In this document: positions 11,581-24,366 of the stretch, in pieces
How positions within the stretch are numbered: the stretch's first letter is position 1
Layout: each line of letters begins with the position of its first letter
Assembly: GCA_048013815.1 (NCBI GenBank)
Contig: CM106585.1
Coordinates: 23,932,001 to 23,996,000, forward strand
Length of the DNA: 64,000 bases
Direction of reading: 5' to 3'
Source: Setoptus koraiensis
Lineage: Eukaryota > Animalia > Arthropoda
Program-made: the position numbers and the translations under genes
Notes under the pieces: generated by a model
Databases searched by the model: none
What the model saw: the letters and a program-made list of their open reading frames with translations, nothing else
Told to the model about the DNA's origin: nothing

Positions 11581-13794
11581 CGCGTCTTGAATTTGAACAT
11601 TATATAATGTTCAAATTGGCACAGTAATATCGCACTGGCGCTGCCGCGAATGGCCATTTATGGGGCAGCTCTAGCGACTGGCTTAGATGATGATGATGAT
11701 ATTGTTGGCGATTAATATGACAAGTCATGACATGTCAGATGAGTATGCGAGCTTGAGATGTAACAGATGGTAGATACAGTAGTATTGTGATCACACTCAA
11801 TAAAAAACAAACAAACTTTACTGGCCGATGAAATAGTGAAATAGTGAGATAATGTGATAATGTTATTGCGAGATAGTGACATGGTTGACTGGAATAGTTG
11901 CATGGTCGTCATATCGGTCGGCTATAATATCATCTTTCGGTTAATCATCTGATTCGCTTGGTGTCCTAAGTGCACCAGTCAGGCATTAATTGATATGCAC
12001 AAGAGACAGGACAAGAGTGTATATAAACTGTTAGATAAAATGAGCAAAATCGTTGTATACCAGCAACAGCAAGTTGATCTCCTTAACGAAACTCATTACC
12101 GGCATGCCAGCTAGTTGGCCTTACAATCAAATGAGCACACCACTAGTATAGTTTAAGTATATATATATATATATGGCGATTATTAGATTGGCTCGAGGCA
12201 CACCAATCGTTTTCATCTGGCATTAACGATTCTAGTGGCGATGATGAGCAATCAAAAAGAAGAAGGAGAAGAAGAAATGGAAACGGGCAACAACAAAGAT
12301 GGCCACTAGCTCTTAATTAGTTGAGCTATTAGTTGTGTGTGTGTTTTGCTTACACAGCTCACTATCAGCTAGCCAGACAGATGGCTAGCTAGATAGTGAT
12401 AGATACGGTGAGCTGTGTTGATGTTAAATTTGTTGAAATCAATGCAAATGTGACCAGTCACACTGAACAACAAACAAAACTGGAACAACCAAACCAACAG
12501 CAACATCAACAATTGTCAGTCGCACCATTGCCAGCCTCATGAGTACGGTGTCACTCCGTAGTCGGCTGACAGCAACAGCAACGACAGCAACAGCAACAGC
12601 AACGACGGCAACAACAACGGCAACAACAACGGCAACAACAACAGCAGCAACAACGACGACGACGACGAGGTGCCTGTGACAGAAGGAGGGGCGGTTCTAA
12701 TGGCCGTGTGGATGGAATTGCTGCCAATGGATGGATAGTTGATGTGGCGTCTGCAAGATAATTATATTGTATGCCGTTGTCGATAATAATAAATAATGCT
12801 AGTGGCTGCCAGTCATTATATTATAATTATTAGTATTATTATTATTGTTTGGGCGCCACGCTAACCAACAGCCAAGAGCGATGCCGGATAAACAACACAC
12901 AATAACCAAACAATGGGCATGCTTTGTTATCGTTACCTCTCATTAAGTGCGTCTATGTTTAGACTTGTGACTGGCGCTCGCTGCTGCCACGTCTATAGAT
13001 GTCGTCCGATGCATTCGAAATCATTTGATGGATGGACGACACACACACACACACACACACGCTCATTATAGACGGCAGGTTGCAGTTATACAGGTGCTGA
13101 GTTTTACGTCGGTGATGCCATCGTGCCTCAACTTGTAATATCATCATGCCTGTCCGATGTGTTTATAGCGAGCGACCAAACAACAACAGTCAGCTCAAGC
13201 ACAAGCACGTACTTTTCTGCTCGTTGATGGTGCGTGCAAAACAATATACCTGTTGCACCAGCATCACCTGTCGTTGGTGTTGTTGCCAGTGTTGTTGGCG
13301 TTGTTGCTGGTGCTGCTGCTGCTGCTGGCGAACAAAAGAACAACAAGCGCACAGGCGAAGGTGCGAGCTGGCTGGCTGACAATTGAAAGTTGAAAGTGAA
13401 GCGAGGCAAAAGTTTTTCTAGTTTCTCTAGTTTTGTCCAGCCATCCGAGAGTTTGCTGCTTCTGTTCAATTTTTTGCCAACAATGCAACCAGCATGCACC
13501 ATCAACTGCACCAACTCATCAATTCATGCATCTCTGCTTGCCGCCAGTCCAAGTCCGTAATCGAATGGAGCCCATGCGGCCCGTCGCTCGATTGCGGACG
13601 GGCTGCACACCATACATATATAGCCATATAGAGCTAGCGACCAGAGACACGATTGTGCCACTAGCCGCAACTAGCCGCCACTCTGCAATTTCGCGCCATG
13701 CATCTATATATATGTTAACCATGCTCGCTCTATCGTGTTGCCTCGAAAGCAACTAATAAAGCAGCTAATAAATTTCAAGAAAATCCCATGTGTT

Positions 13795-14155
13795 TGATTT
13801 GCATTCAACAAGTGTGTGTTACTCGCACACCCTACACAATACCACGTACAGCCTCAGGTATTCGGCTAGTGAATAGGCAGATGAAAAAATCGCCACTTGG
13901 ACGCACAATAATTATGAGAGCCAACAATCGTGCCAACAGTGCCAATAGAAGCCTTTGCGGAGAGACGCTGTTACGAGGCCACTTGATGCCGAACCTTGAC
14001 CATCAACTTGACTTGTTTGCGGCCGGCAACGTGTACAGCAACACGCCGGGCAAAGGGACAGACATTTAGAGGCCAAACCTGTACCGGCGAAAGGTAGCAG
14101 GCGACTTGCGACTTAACACCGACCAAACAACAGCTATAACAAGTTAGTTATCGGG
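13795..14155 (+). repeat. Diverged direct repeat, copy 1 (copy 2 at 14688-14978)
   Basis: Three collinear blocks are shared with copy 2: tgatttgYattcaacaagtgtg (21/22), gtgccaac...gctgYtacgaggScacttg, and accgaScaaacaacag (15/16). Confidence 0.75.
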
Positions 14156-14687
14156 TCTCGGCGGACATTGTGTGTACCGTTCGGCGTGGCGTGTCGTTGC
14201 AACTGGTAGCAACCCGTTGGATCCATTTGTGGATTGGTGCTTGTTCATTGGTGCATGTGTTCCCATCATTTTATCTGTCTGAGCGTTCTGCTGAAACAAG
14301 AGCATAGGCGACAGATGATAGTCGCCGTTCGCAAGATCGTTCACGAAGCAATTGATAAATTAATTAACGAATGTGAACAATTTCAACGAGCATGGCCACT
14401 TGTCGCTGGACCAATTCGTGCTGCAATCGCTCGCTGATATCATGGACTCATTCCCTCCAAGGGATTCTGTAGGTGAGATATGTTCTTTCTGTATCAGTTT
14501 ATGAATAAAGTCAACTTGGTGCGTTTGACCTGCATGTAACCTGTATATCACAAACAACATTGACATTCCATAATTGGACAATTATGGAATTTTCTATTTA
14601 GCAGTTCCGAAAGTCAGTCGCCCAAGGAAGTAGATCGAGCATTGGCCTTTGCCCGAAATATCGGAATGCAAGTCAAACACATTGAAA

Positions 14688-14978
14688 TGATTTGTATTCA
14701 ACAAGTGTGCGATGCCCGCACACACCTACACCGCTCTGAGGTTTGAGTTTACACCTGGTGCCGATGGCGCAGATTGGTGCCGGCGCCGGTGCCGCCAGTG
14801 TGACGGGCAACCGGGCCTCGGCCGGCTTCGTGTGAGCCAGCAATGGTGCCGGTAATGGTGCCAACGATGCCCACGAAAGGCTTTGGATGCTGCTACGAGG
14901 GCACTTGTGGCAACAGGTAACAGCCGGGCAGCAAAATAGCACCGAGCAAACAACAGGTACGACAGGCCAGTTATGAGG
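14688..14978 (+). repeat. Diverged direct repeat, copy 2
   Basis: Same three blocks in the same order as 13795-14155. Confidence 0.75.
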
Positions 14979-15195
14979 TGTCGATGGAGAATGTGTGAAT
15001 ATTTTGCTTGTTCCTTCTTCTTATTATTGCGCTTATAAATATTGCGCTCGCAGTGCCTGGCAATGAATTCCTAACGCTCGCAGACACTGCCTGCTATTGA
15101 ATACAAGTGACGCTGCCATGCAAAAAGATGATGATTCTTTCCGCTCCGAGCTGTTCCTCTCCCACTCTGAGCCGCGTTCGTTGTCATGCCTCCGT

Positions 15196-15328
<133 letters not shown>

Positions 15329-15963
15329 GCCAATTGGACAAGGCCATCACAATTGCTTTCTGTTTCATCGCCACGGAATCTTGCTTTCAGCATGATGGCC
15401 GGCAGAGTGTGTGTGTTGCACAACAACATTGGGCCGCTGCAAAGTTTAAGTACAACTACAAATCTTTTGCTGGTCATGGTAGCCGTTGCGGCAAAGGCAC
15501 CAATAATCATTAGTGCACACACCTAGAGACGGCCACGACTACGACTGAGCGAGAGAGCCAGCCGCAGCCAAAGAGATGTAGCGACCAGCAAGGAGAGATG
15601 GGCAGAGATAGCGAGAGAGATGCAGGCATCAACAATTACCGAGCGGTCAGTTGGGCACAGTCTCAGTCGGCGGTGCTCATCTTGTTCCATCGGCTGCATT
15701 CTCTGCCTTCTCTGGGTACTCGGCTTCTTTGGCGCTTTGGGCCGCTCGCTTCTTTAGTTCGCTAGTTCGCTAGTTTGCAGCGCGAGAGAGAGAGAGAGAG
15801 AAGTTTAGAATTTTCGGCAACGTTCTTCTCTTGTTCGGCGTCGTCGTCGTCGTTAATGAACCTGCTCAGCTTACATTGAAGAATGGCCGCTCGATGGACA
15901 CTGAACGCAGTGGTGAGTGCGGCCAGCATCGCAACAACACTTGCACTGAATGATGCTGCCGCT

Positions 15964-16050
15964 GCATTCGGACATTCGGACATTTGAGCATTCGAGCATT
16001 CGAGCGTTCGAGCGTTCGAGCATTCGAACATTGGACCATTGGACCAATGA
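15964..16050. repeat. 8-bp tandem repeat (GCATTCGA-like), about 11 degenerate units
   Basis: gcattcgg acattcgg acatttga gcattcga gcattcga gcgttcga gcgttcga gcattcga acattgga ccattgga. Confidence 0.9.
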
Positions 16051-18144
16051 CTGCACTGGCCAGTGAGTGGATTCCTTCATGGCTCACATGCTTGGCACGA
16101 CGGCACGATTTGTCTGTTTTATTTCTATTTTATTTCCATTTCCATTTTATCTTGCTTCGTTTCCATTTAAAATGCGTATGTGCAAACATTGGTTGCGAGC
16201 AATGGTCATGGAGCTGCGGACATTGGCCATTGGGAGTTGGGCAGCGAGTAGCCAAACAAGTAGAGGGCCAAAAGCGTCCTAATAAAGGTACAGTGTGAGC
16301 TAGCTTGTGAGTGAATGAGTGAGCCAATCAGGGCAACATCTAATGCTGGACCAGTGTGTGATGCTAGAGCACAAGCGATGGTGCTTCATTTTACGATCGC
16401 GGCCAGTCAGCCAACAACAACAAAATACTATCCAGAGTATAGTTTATTTAGCCATCTCGCCATCTAGCAATAAACAAGTCGGTGCCTATGCTGTTGTTGT
16501 TGTTGCTGTTGCCTCGTGAACTCATTGCTCCTTGTTGTTGTTGCTGTTGCTGTTGTTGTTGTTGCTCATGGCCACAAAAGCTCGAAAGAGAGCGACGCGC
16601 CATTATCATGATACCAACTATAGCAACACTCACTATGTGTACAGCTATCATTACCGCTGGCTAGTATTACTATTGCTATTATTATTATCGCATTTCGTCG
16701 TTACTAGACCACTTATTAAAGAACACTCCACGAGAGAGCTTTCTCCCTGCCCTCGGTCGTCTCATCTCTCTATCGTGTAATCGCATCTCCCGGCGTCTCT
16801 TGGCATATCCTGGCATCGCACAGCCATTTCGCATCCACTGTGTATAATGGAAGCAAGCACTCGTTTATCCACAAATGTTGCTATGAAAGTCAACTAATTG
16901 TAAATTTTTCAATATCTTGTCGGCATTGCATCCACAACACTTGCGATCTTGTCAATATTTCATCCACGGTGTCCTCGTACAAATCAAATGAGCAACAAAT
17001 GGCGACAGCTGATCTAAATGTATGCCTATCAGAAATTGGCTAATTCAATGATGTCCGTTGTATTTGTTTGCAAGTGTCTACTAATTGGGATCTCTATGAT
17101 TGATGCATGAGTTGAGTATAAACAAACGCAATATCCATACCAACACACTAGTTTAATTGTACACACAGCCCAATGGGGATACACACACACGCACGCACAC
17201 AAAAAATGGACACCTTTGGGGCACACATGACAACAGCTAGTGGGACCTCGCGAGAGGGCGTAACCGAGGTAGGTTTGTTGGCCGGTTGGTAGTGCCAGTG
17301 GTGCTTGCGATGGTGATGCCCAATTGAACGTAAGCTGCGGTTGGCTCTCTCCCTCTTCATTACACACACACAGACATTTTGTTTTGTATTTGCTATAGTT
17401 GCTTTGTATTCTCACCTATATACGCACTATGGAGTGCATAGTCCAGTTCGCTGAGTCCTCATTCTCGGCTTGCGACTCACAAGTTGTGAGTCGCACTTTG
17501 TGGACTTACCAACTGAGTCGCGACTCAATACTGGTGAGTCTGGCAGATTTCAAACTGATTTGCGTGCATCACACTGCGATGATGGCAGCGCCGTGTGAGC
17601 ACTGGAAAGAGAACGTGAGTTTTGTCTATACTCACGATTCGCACAATTGCCTCAGTTTAATTTGCCAGTTGGGTTTGCTGAGCAGTCGTCAGCGGTATAC
17701 AAGTTGCTTCAATGTTTTCAGCGTTGCTCTAGCAACAGTTTGACCAATGTAAGCTGAGTGTTAGCAACGGCTGGGGGCTACACTTGTGCTGCTGGCCACT
17801 GCACTTGAATACCGTGAGCCCAGCTAAGTCTTTTTGTGCGTGTAGTATTAGTTGTGGCGTATATTTGAGCACAATGCGAGCACAAGCGTGTGATGGAATG
17901 AAGAGAACGTTGCTGGACGCACCAACCAATAAAGAATGGCCAAGAATGGGAGATTGCACTGGATTACTAACTGCAACCATCAGATTCTATACTATGGCTG
18001 TGCCATTCCCCAGGCTACGCACACACGCTACAGGTTAGCAGCGAGAAACTCACAAACCGGGGGTAGAGGGGGCGCGGCGCTCAATACACAAGACGTTTTA
18101 TAGTTGGCTAGTTGAGCTATAGTTTGGTGAAATATTCGGACTCA

Positions 18145-18182
<38 letters not shown>

Positions 18183-18460
18183 AAGCGAGGAGAGTAGCGC
18201 GAAGCTTGGGCATCGGTTCAATTCGATTTGGTTGCCTTCATACGAGCGAACGAAAGCAAGGCGCTCTCGCCATAGCGTAGGCATAATTGTCCGATTGTCC
18301 GGCGCACACACACACACACACACACGAGCGCGGTCAAACATACCACAGTCTAATTGATGTGCTCATGATCAAATGGAAAGAGAAGAAAACCAAAATTTAT
18401 AGAATATAGAAAAATCAGCATTGTATGACATTACTTGTGCACAAATTGTCCAACAGATCA

Positions 18461-18511
18461 ATCCAGAGCAAAATCCAGAGCAAAATCCAGAGCAAAATCC
18501 AGAGCAAAATC
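18461..18511. repeat. 12-bp tandem repeat x4 (atccagagcaaa)
   Basis: Four exact units. Confidence 0.95.
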
Positions 18512-19801
18512 AGAGAGATTGTGCAAAATCCTGAAAGTTACATTCTGAGATCAAGAATTATTGTGAAATAAAGGGTGAACAAGCAATAAAAGAAGCCCCA
18601 TTAATAATAGCGACGCCAAGCACGGCACGTTGACACCAGAGAACGCATACAAGAGAAGAATTTGCAACTATAGTTGCCTCGTTCCCATTGCCAGCATCAC
18701 ATTCGCATGACCAGCTCCATTGAACAAGCCGATGCGAGTTGAACCGAATCCACCACAACAAAGACGAACAAAATTAGCCAATGCAGCTAAAGCAAGCCAA
18801 CAAATAGCTTACAAATTTGCAACGAATCATCATTGTTGAGAAGAGGCATCTTCCAAGAGGGCAAGACAAGAGAAAAGCATCACTAATCACACAATACAAC
18901 CGCCTACACTCACACATGGTTGGCAGAGCAAAGAGATTATTGACTGGCGGCCAGAGAGGAGCGGCAACATCACAAACACACACACACTCACAACCAGAAA
19001 ATAACGACAAGAGAGAATAATTAGAATTATGTTTATAAAATCATCAACATTTTTGTCACTTGCAACAACAACTCGCCTGTTTTAGCAAACACGCCAGCGG
19101 TCATCGCAAAGAACAAACGACCCAACCGGAGCCACAACCAGACCAAACCCATATTCATACCCCATGCTCATACCCTCACAGTGCCCGACGGCAACTACTT
19201 AATGAGCAACAACAACTTGACAACTATTACTACAGAGTTGGTCCAACACCAGCAACACAAAAGTTGCTTTGTACAAAATATTCACTTCTTTTGATATTGC
19301 GACAACTTTGCGCCTCAACATCATCACAACAGCGGTGCCCCCAACGTTGACGTTTTGTGTGAACAAAAATAACTAAAAGATTTATGCTATCATTACCATC
19401 GAGGCGTACAACAAGCAACCGGCAAACAACACGTCGCATCTTAAATTGCGGAGATTGTGAGTGGCGTCACAAGTTTTATCTCCTCGTCACTGTCTCATTG
19501 ATAGACAGCACATAGAAGCAGCCGCTCAACACAAGATAGCAGCATCAACAAATGATATCCTCAACAGTGTCCACCGCATCTATATACATATATAAATCTC
19601 ATCCCAATCCGAGACAAATCTAAGCATATCTAGTAATATGAACTATCTAACATAACAACTATGATAATGTCACCTGTTAAATGATCAATATTTAGCGAAC
19701 AACCACTAATTATCGTATACAGTAACTCAGTGAGATATATACATATAATATATCATATTATAATAGATACAAAAATTACATAGACATACACCAATCTACT
19801 T

Positions 19802-21286
19802 ATGGCTGCCGATGTTATTAGTCAAGGTTATGCCAGATATAAAAATGGCAAAAGTTTATCTGTTTGGAAAAAACGATGGATTGTATTCAGAAGAAATTCT
19901 TCTAAGGGGCCAACGAGAATAGAGCAATTTGAAAATGAAGCTATTGCTCAGAAAGATCTTATAGAATCTTTATCGAATTCGATTGGTCATCCACTTACAA
20001 CTCCTTCAGATCCTCCTACTGTCGATTCTAACAACAGAACTAACCAACATGCAACTGAAGATAATAATTTTATTTTACGTGAAGATATCGCTAATCTAGA
20101 ATCAACTGTCACAAACAACAACAACAACATTAATCGAAGAGACAATCCTGACGAAATACAACGTGATTATTATAGGAAGACTTGTGTTCTCACCAATGTC
20201 CTAGAAATACAAAGATTAAGCTCAATCAAACATGCTCTTGTCATTAAATTTCATGATGGTTCAAAAATTAAATACGCGTTCAGTTCAAACATGGAAGCAG
20301 AATGCTGGCTCAGACTTCTAACCCAAGAATGTATGCCCCCACCCCCAGTTGTTGTTAGTGGAGAACCAGACTTATTAGTTTCTGGTATCCAAAAAGAATT
20401 GAGAGAAAGGTTTAGAGTTTATCTTATGCCAACACCCAAATTAGAATTTTTTGGAGATTGTTTACTACAAGTGACTCATGAAAATATCTACTTGTGGGAT
20501 GTGATTGATCTCAGGTCAAAGATAGCTTATTGGCCCCTCACAGCATTAAGAAGATATGGTAGTGATCAAAATAAGTTTACCTTTGAAGCGGGACGCCATT
20601 GTATGACCGGCGAGGGAAGATTTGATTTTTACACATTCGAAGGTGAAAAGATTTATCGCAAGGTGCACCAAGCAACCTTGGCAATCGCACACGCGAAAAC
20701 AAAAACTTTAACCTCTCAGTACGCGCAACAATCGAAGCAACAAACTGGTTCGAGAAGTTCAAAACATGATGCTCGAAAATCTGAGACCGCGCCGATATCG
20801 ACGCCAATCGACCAGTATAGTACCAATCGTTATACTAACGAGGACGATGATAAGGCGATTTTTTTAGTTGAAAGCCCAGACGATGGTCAAGCTGAAATAA
20901 ATACAAAACACTCCGATTCAAACGATATGAGGCCCATTACGCCAATTACGAAGAGATCCAAGGACAACCACTACGTTCCTCAGTCGTTGATGTCATCCAA
21001 TAAACCATCGAGTCAAGTAGTAAATAATGATTGCCCAATCAAGTCCCCTGACAATCCTCATGCAGATGAATGTGATTCAGATGATGATGGGGAGGCAGAA
21101 TTGGAAGAGTCAGATCAATTTGCTGCAGACAATCAGCGATTGATATCAGATGATTCAGTCAGGACATCGCGAGCAAATTGTAAGAATTTCAGATACAATT
21201 TGGACTATCCTATACCCCCACCAATAAGGCCTCGAACTTCAAAAAATATTTCATCTGTGGATATGAACAACAATAGGATTGTTTGA
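19802..21286 (+). CDS. DOK6: Docking protein, DOK4/5/6 family (PH + IRS-type PTB adaptor), intronless, 494 aa
   Basis: WKKRWIVFRRNSSKGPTRIEQF (PH start) and EPDLLVSGIQKELRERFRVYLMPTPKLEFFGDCLLQVTHENIYLWD...WPLTALRRYG...FTFEAGRHCMTGEGRFDF...GEKIYRKVHQATLAIA (PTB) closely follow vertebrate DOK4/5/6. The symbol denotes the family, not a specific vertebrate paralogue. Confidence 0.92.
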   Translation: MAADVISQGYARYKNGKSLSVWKKRWIVFRRNSSKGPTRIEQFENEAIAQKDLIESLSNSIGHPLTTPSDPPTVDSNNRTNQHATEDNNFILREDIANLESTVTNNNNNINRRDNPDEIQRDYYRKTCVLTNVLEIQRLSSIKHALVIKFHDGSKIKYAFSSNMEAECWLRLLTQECMPPPPVVVSGEPDLLVSGIQKELRERFRVYLMPTPKLEFFGDCLLQVTHENIYLWDVIDLRSKIAYWPLTALRRYGSDQNKFTFEAGRHCMTGEGRFDFYTFEGEKIYRKVHQATLAIAHAKTKTLTSQYAQQSKQQTGSRSSKHDARKSETAPISTPIDQYSTNRYTNEDDDKAIFLVESPDDGQAEINTKHSDSNDMRPITPITKRSKDNHYVPQSLMSSNKPSSQVVNNDCPIKSPDNPHADECDSDDDGEAELEESDQFAADNQRLISDDSVRTSRANCKNFRYNLDYPIPPPIRPRTSKNISSVDMNNNRIV

Positions 21287-21696
21287 CCAGAAATAATACA
21301 GAAATAATGTTTTCATGGGGATTTTTTATGGTATCTGAAAGTGTATCTACCCAATCATAACATTTTCACACCAGTTACTATGTACTCAGTATGAGCCTCC
21401 AGCTTCCTAAAGTTATCTAAATGTTCCTCTTTCCTATTTATATATATAATTATATATTATGAATATATATATATATATTGTTATATCATATAAATAATAT
21501 TCAGTTAATTAATAAAGTAAAATGTTTGATGACTCAATTTGTATCTCAATGGTTATTGATATCAAATCACAGGATCAGAGATTCAAATCGAATGCAACTA
21601 TCGCATGGAAAAAGATTGTTTTTTAGAATAAAGGGTCAATCAAGCAATATCATCCAGAATAATAGTCAATCTTAATGTAGTTTCAACCGAACTTAC

Positions 21697-23835
21697 CATT
21701 ATGTTTCCTAAGAATGCATACTGTATAGTGTAATTCACGAAGAAAGCTCCAAGTTTCACAGGAAATAGACAATTCCAAGGGAAGTCGCCTTTGGTAGCTA
21801 TCATCAGAAAAAAAGCCTTAAGACTGAAAGAAAAAGAATGTATCAGAGAATTTGCTCGATTCTTAAGTCACTTTTCAGGTGGTTACTTGTCTCTTACCTG
21901 GTGAGCCCCAATGAAGGCCACACTATAACCATCAATAAGAGAAATAGATATACTTTCCACATAATGGCATGATTCTTCGCAGATAGATTCATGTATGCAA
22001 TTGATTGGCAAGCTAATGTCACTATAGCCGGTAAAGCTGACGAAGCGCACACCAGTATGAACGGTGACACAAGGCCGGGGACCTTTGAGCCGATATCCGA
22101 GGGCAGCAAGAATTGGAGCCATTGGAATAATTGTGCTATCTTCAGTTGGTCACTAGCGTTTAAAATAACTGCCGGAGTTGATATAAACACAAATAGAATT
22201 AATAATAATGAATTGACTAGTATACTGCGCAACCATTGCATACGTAAATTAACAGATATATCACACCAATTTATATCATTAGGGTAGGGCGCATAGGATA
22301 CCATCCATCGAGATATTTCGAGATCATCTGTTGTGGGTATATTTATAAGTCGAGTAAACCAAGTGGATATCTGAGTGAAAGTGTTTGCAAAAGGGCAAAA
22401 AGAGTATGCTTTCTCTTGTTGTTGACGAAGGTGCACGTAGGCTTCTTGAGCCATTTTTTCAGTTTGAAATGTTACAAAGAACGCTCCTGTAGGATTCATG
22501 ATAGTTCGATTGAATTCTCCATTTATCTTTTGATGATATCTCGCCTCTTGTGTAGAGTAGTATTGGATTCCATCAACTTTCTGGCAGCATTCGCAACACG
22601 CGCACATGAATCCTAATTCACCAAATGATCTTGGTCTAATCTTGAGAAGTTTACCATTTGTTTCAGAATATTCCACACAATAACAGCGCGCGTTAACCAA
22701 GTTGGTCATCTCATTTGTTAGTAAACTCAATGCCCTCACATCATAAACAGATTGCACTCCTTCAATGACGCAGTTAGGTATGGAATTTTGAAAATATATC
22801 GCAAGTAGTTCTTTGTTTCTTTTCTGTTTAGGCACTCTTCTGATCAATAAGGTTCGTCTGGTTATTTGCTCATCATCCATCTTGATTACTCTGGAAAATC
22901 TATGCATCATAAATATTCCAATTAAACTTATAAATGTTGTTCCGATTACATGAACCCAATACAGTGGAGAGTTCTCTGGTAAATTAATTATTGTTGTGCG
23001 AGCATATCCCTGGGTTGAGTCGAATTCTCCTCCTTGCAAGTTAACAGGCAGCACAACGAAGATACTAAATATACTGAGTACAGCTAAAAAATAAATAATA
23101 TACTTTTGAAATAGTAAGTATTGTAAAGCATCATTCCCTCTACTCTTGAGTATATCAGCATCCCTAATGAGAAGTACATCCCTTAACCTATAACCAACAC
23201 CAACAAATGTAGCTTGAATATTACTTGGTATGCTGTTGAGGCCGTTATCGTTCGATGGCACATTAGTATCATTGAGGAAGACACCGTTGATAGAGGGCGA
23301 ACTTCGAGACAGACTGATCACATCACCATGAGACGAGTCGTTAAGATTTTTCATCATAGGTGGCATAAGAACATTGATCTGGAGATCATGTTTGTGATGA
23401 ATCACTTGGCTGGTATCCCTGCTAATCATAGTCTTTGAAGCTAACTTTCTATCACCATAAATAGATTGAAGCCAACCTTTACTAGTTCTCTTTGATGTCA
23501 GATGCTTTCTATCCCAAGCAAGTCTACGCAGGATCACGAATATTGTTAGGAAAAACTGAGAAAGAAAAGATGATTAGATAATGACTCACTATAATTTCAA
23601 GGATGAGTTGATAGTAAACTGAACAGTTAGAACTTACTACAAACAATATGAGATTGTATATGACAGTCTCTGGAATAGCTTGCCAGCCGGCATCGAAAAC
23701 AAATGTTGAGTTGGATATGTTTGGAATATTACATGTGCTGTTTTTCATCATAAAATCATTTTGTGGGTATGTCACAATGGATGAAAATATAGTTGAATTT
23801 GTGTCATTGTTCTGCATTTTCAATCTAGACGCCAT
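21697..23835 (-). CDS. TMEM63: TMEM63/CSC1 (OSCA-family) channel, 661 aa over three exons (23835-23638, 23555-21898, 21823-21697); C-terminal part not found
   Basis: IPETVIYNLILFV|FFLTIFVILRRLAW, GNDALQYLLFQKYII, VVLPVNLQG, YARTTIINL, RRTLLIRRVP, GAFFVTFQTEKMAQ, WMVSYAPYPNDINWCD, PSLGLT-S-LKAFF...CLFPVKLGAFFVNYTIQYAFLGNIM. GT-AG introns at 23637-23556 and 21897-21824 keep the frame. Confidence 0.88.
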
Positions 23836-24280
23836 TGTTACTGAATAATGTGGTCTAGGGTTGCTGAAAATTTGTTGTTATGATCAATCAATTAGTTTGA
23901 GTCCTTTATTAGCAGAAGCACTCGAAAGTTGCCAAAACTTATTTAAAATTGAATTATCGAGCACTGATTGACTAATTAGAGTGAATATGACCAGGCGAAT
24001 AGTCCATAGGGTATTTATTATTGAATCATGAGATGATTGTAATACCGATTTATCTTCCCTCGGTTGAATATTGCTCAATGGTCCCTTTAAGTAAGAGTAA
24101 ATGTAGATGTTTCATTGACAACGATTATTCAATTTCTCTACAACGACGATATTATCTGAATTATCTGAGTTTTTCGAATTAATATTAGTATTGCACCAAT
24201 TGTACTTGTTACTTATTACCCGTTTAGTTGGTCAGTACATTTTGGGTTTCTGCCACCTACGCTAATATGAGTATTCGACG

Positions 24281-24366
24281 ATGAATTCACAAGCTTCTAA
24301 TTTCATCAGTCTTGGTGGTATGTTTGTGGGCTTGCGTCCAAGCTCAGTCCGACATTAGTTCAGAGA
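24281..24366 (+). pseudogene. Duplicated, frameshifted 5' fragment (ATG + signal-peptide codons) of the secreted gene at 28138
   Basis: 24291-24366 equals 28141-28216 at 75/76 nt (one tgt/tgc change). The ATG at 24281 is separated from AAGCTT by 7 extra nt, so it is out of frame. An in-frame TGA lies at 24282-24284. Confidence 0.85.

Noticed and set aside
15964-16050. TTCGA-rich array as a heat-shock element
   Set aside because: The 8-bp periodicity does not give the nGAAnnTTCn 5-bp inverted phasing.
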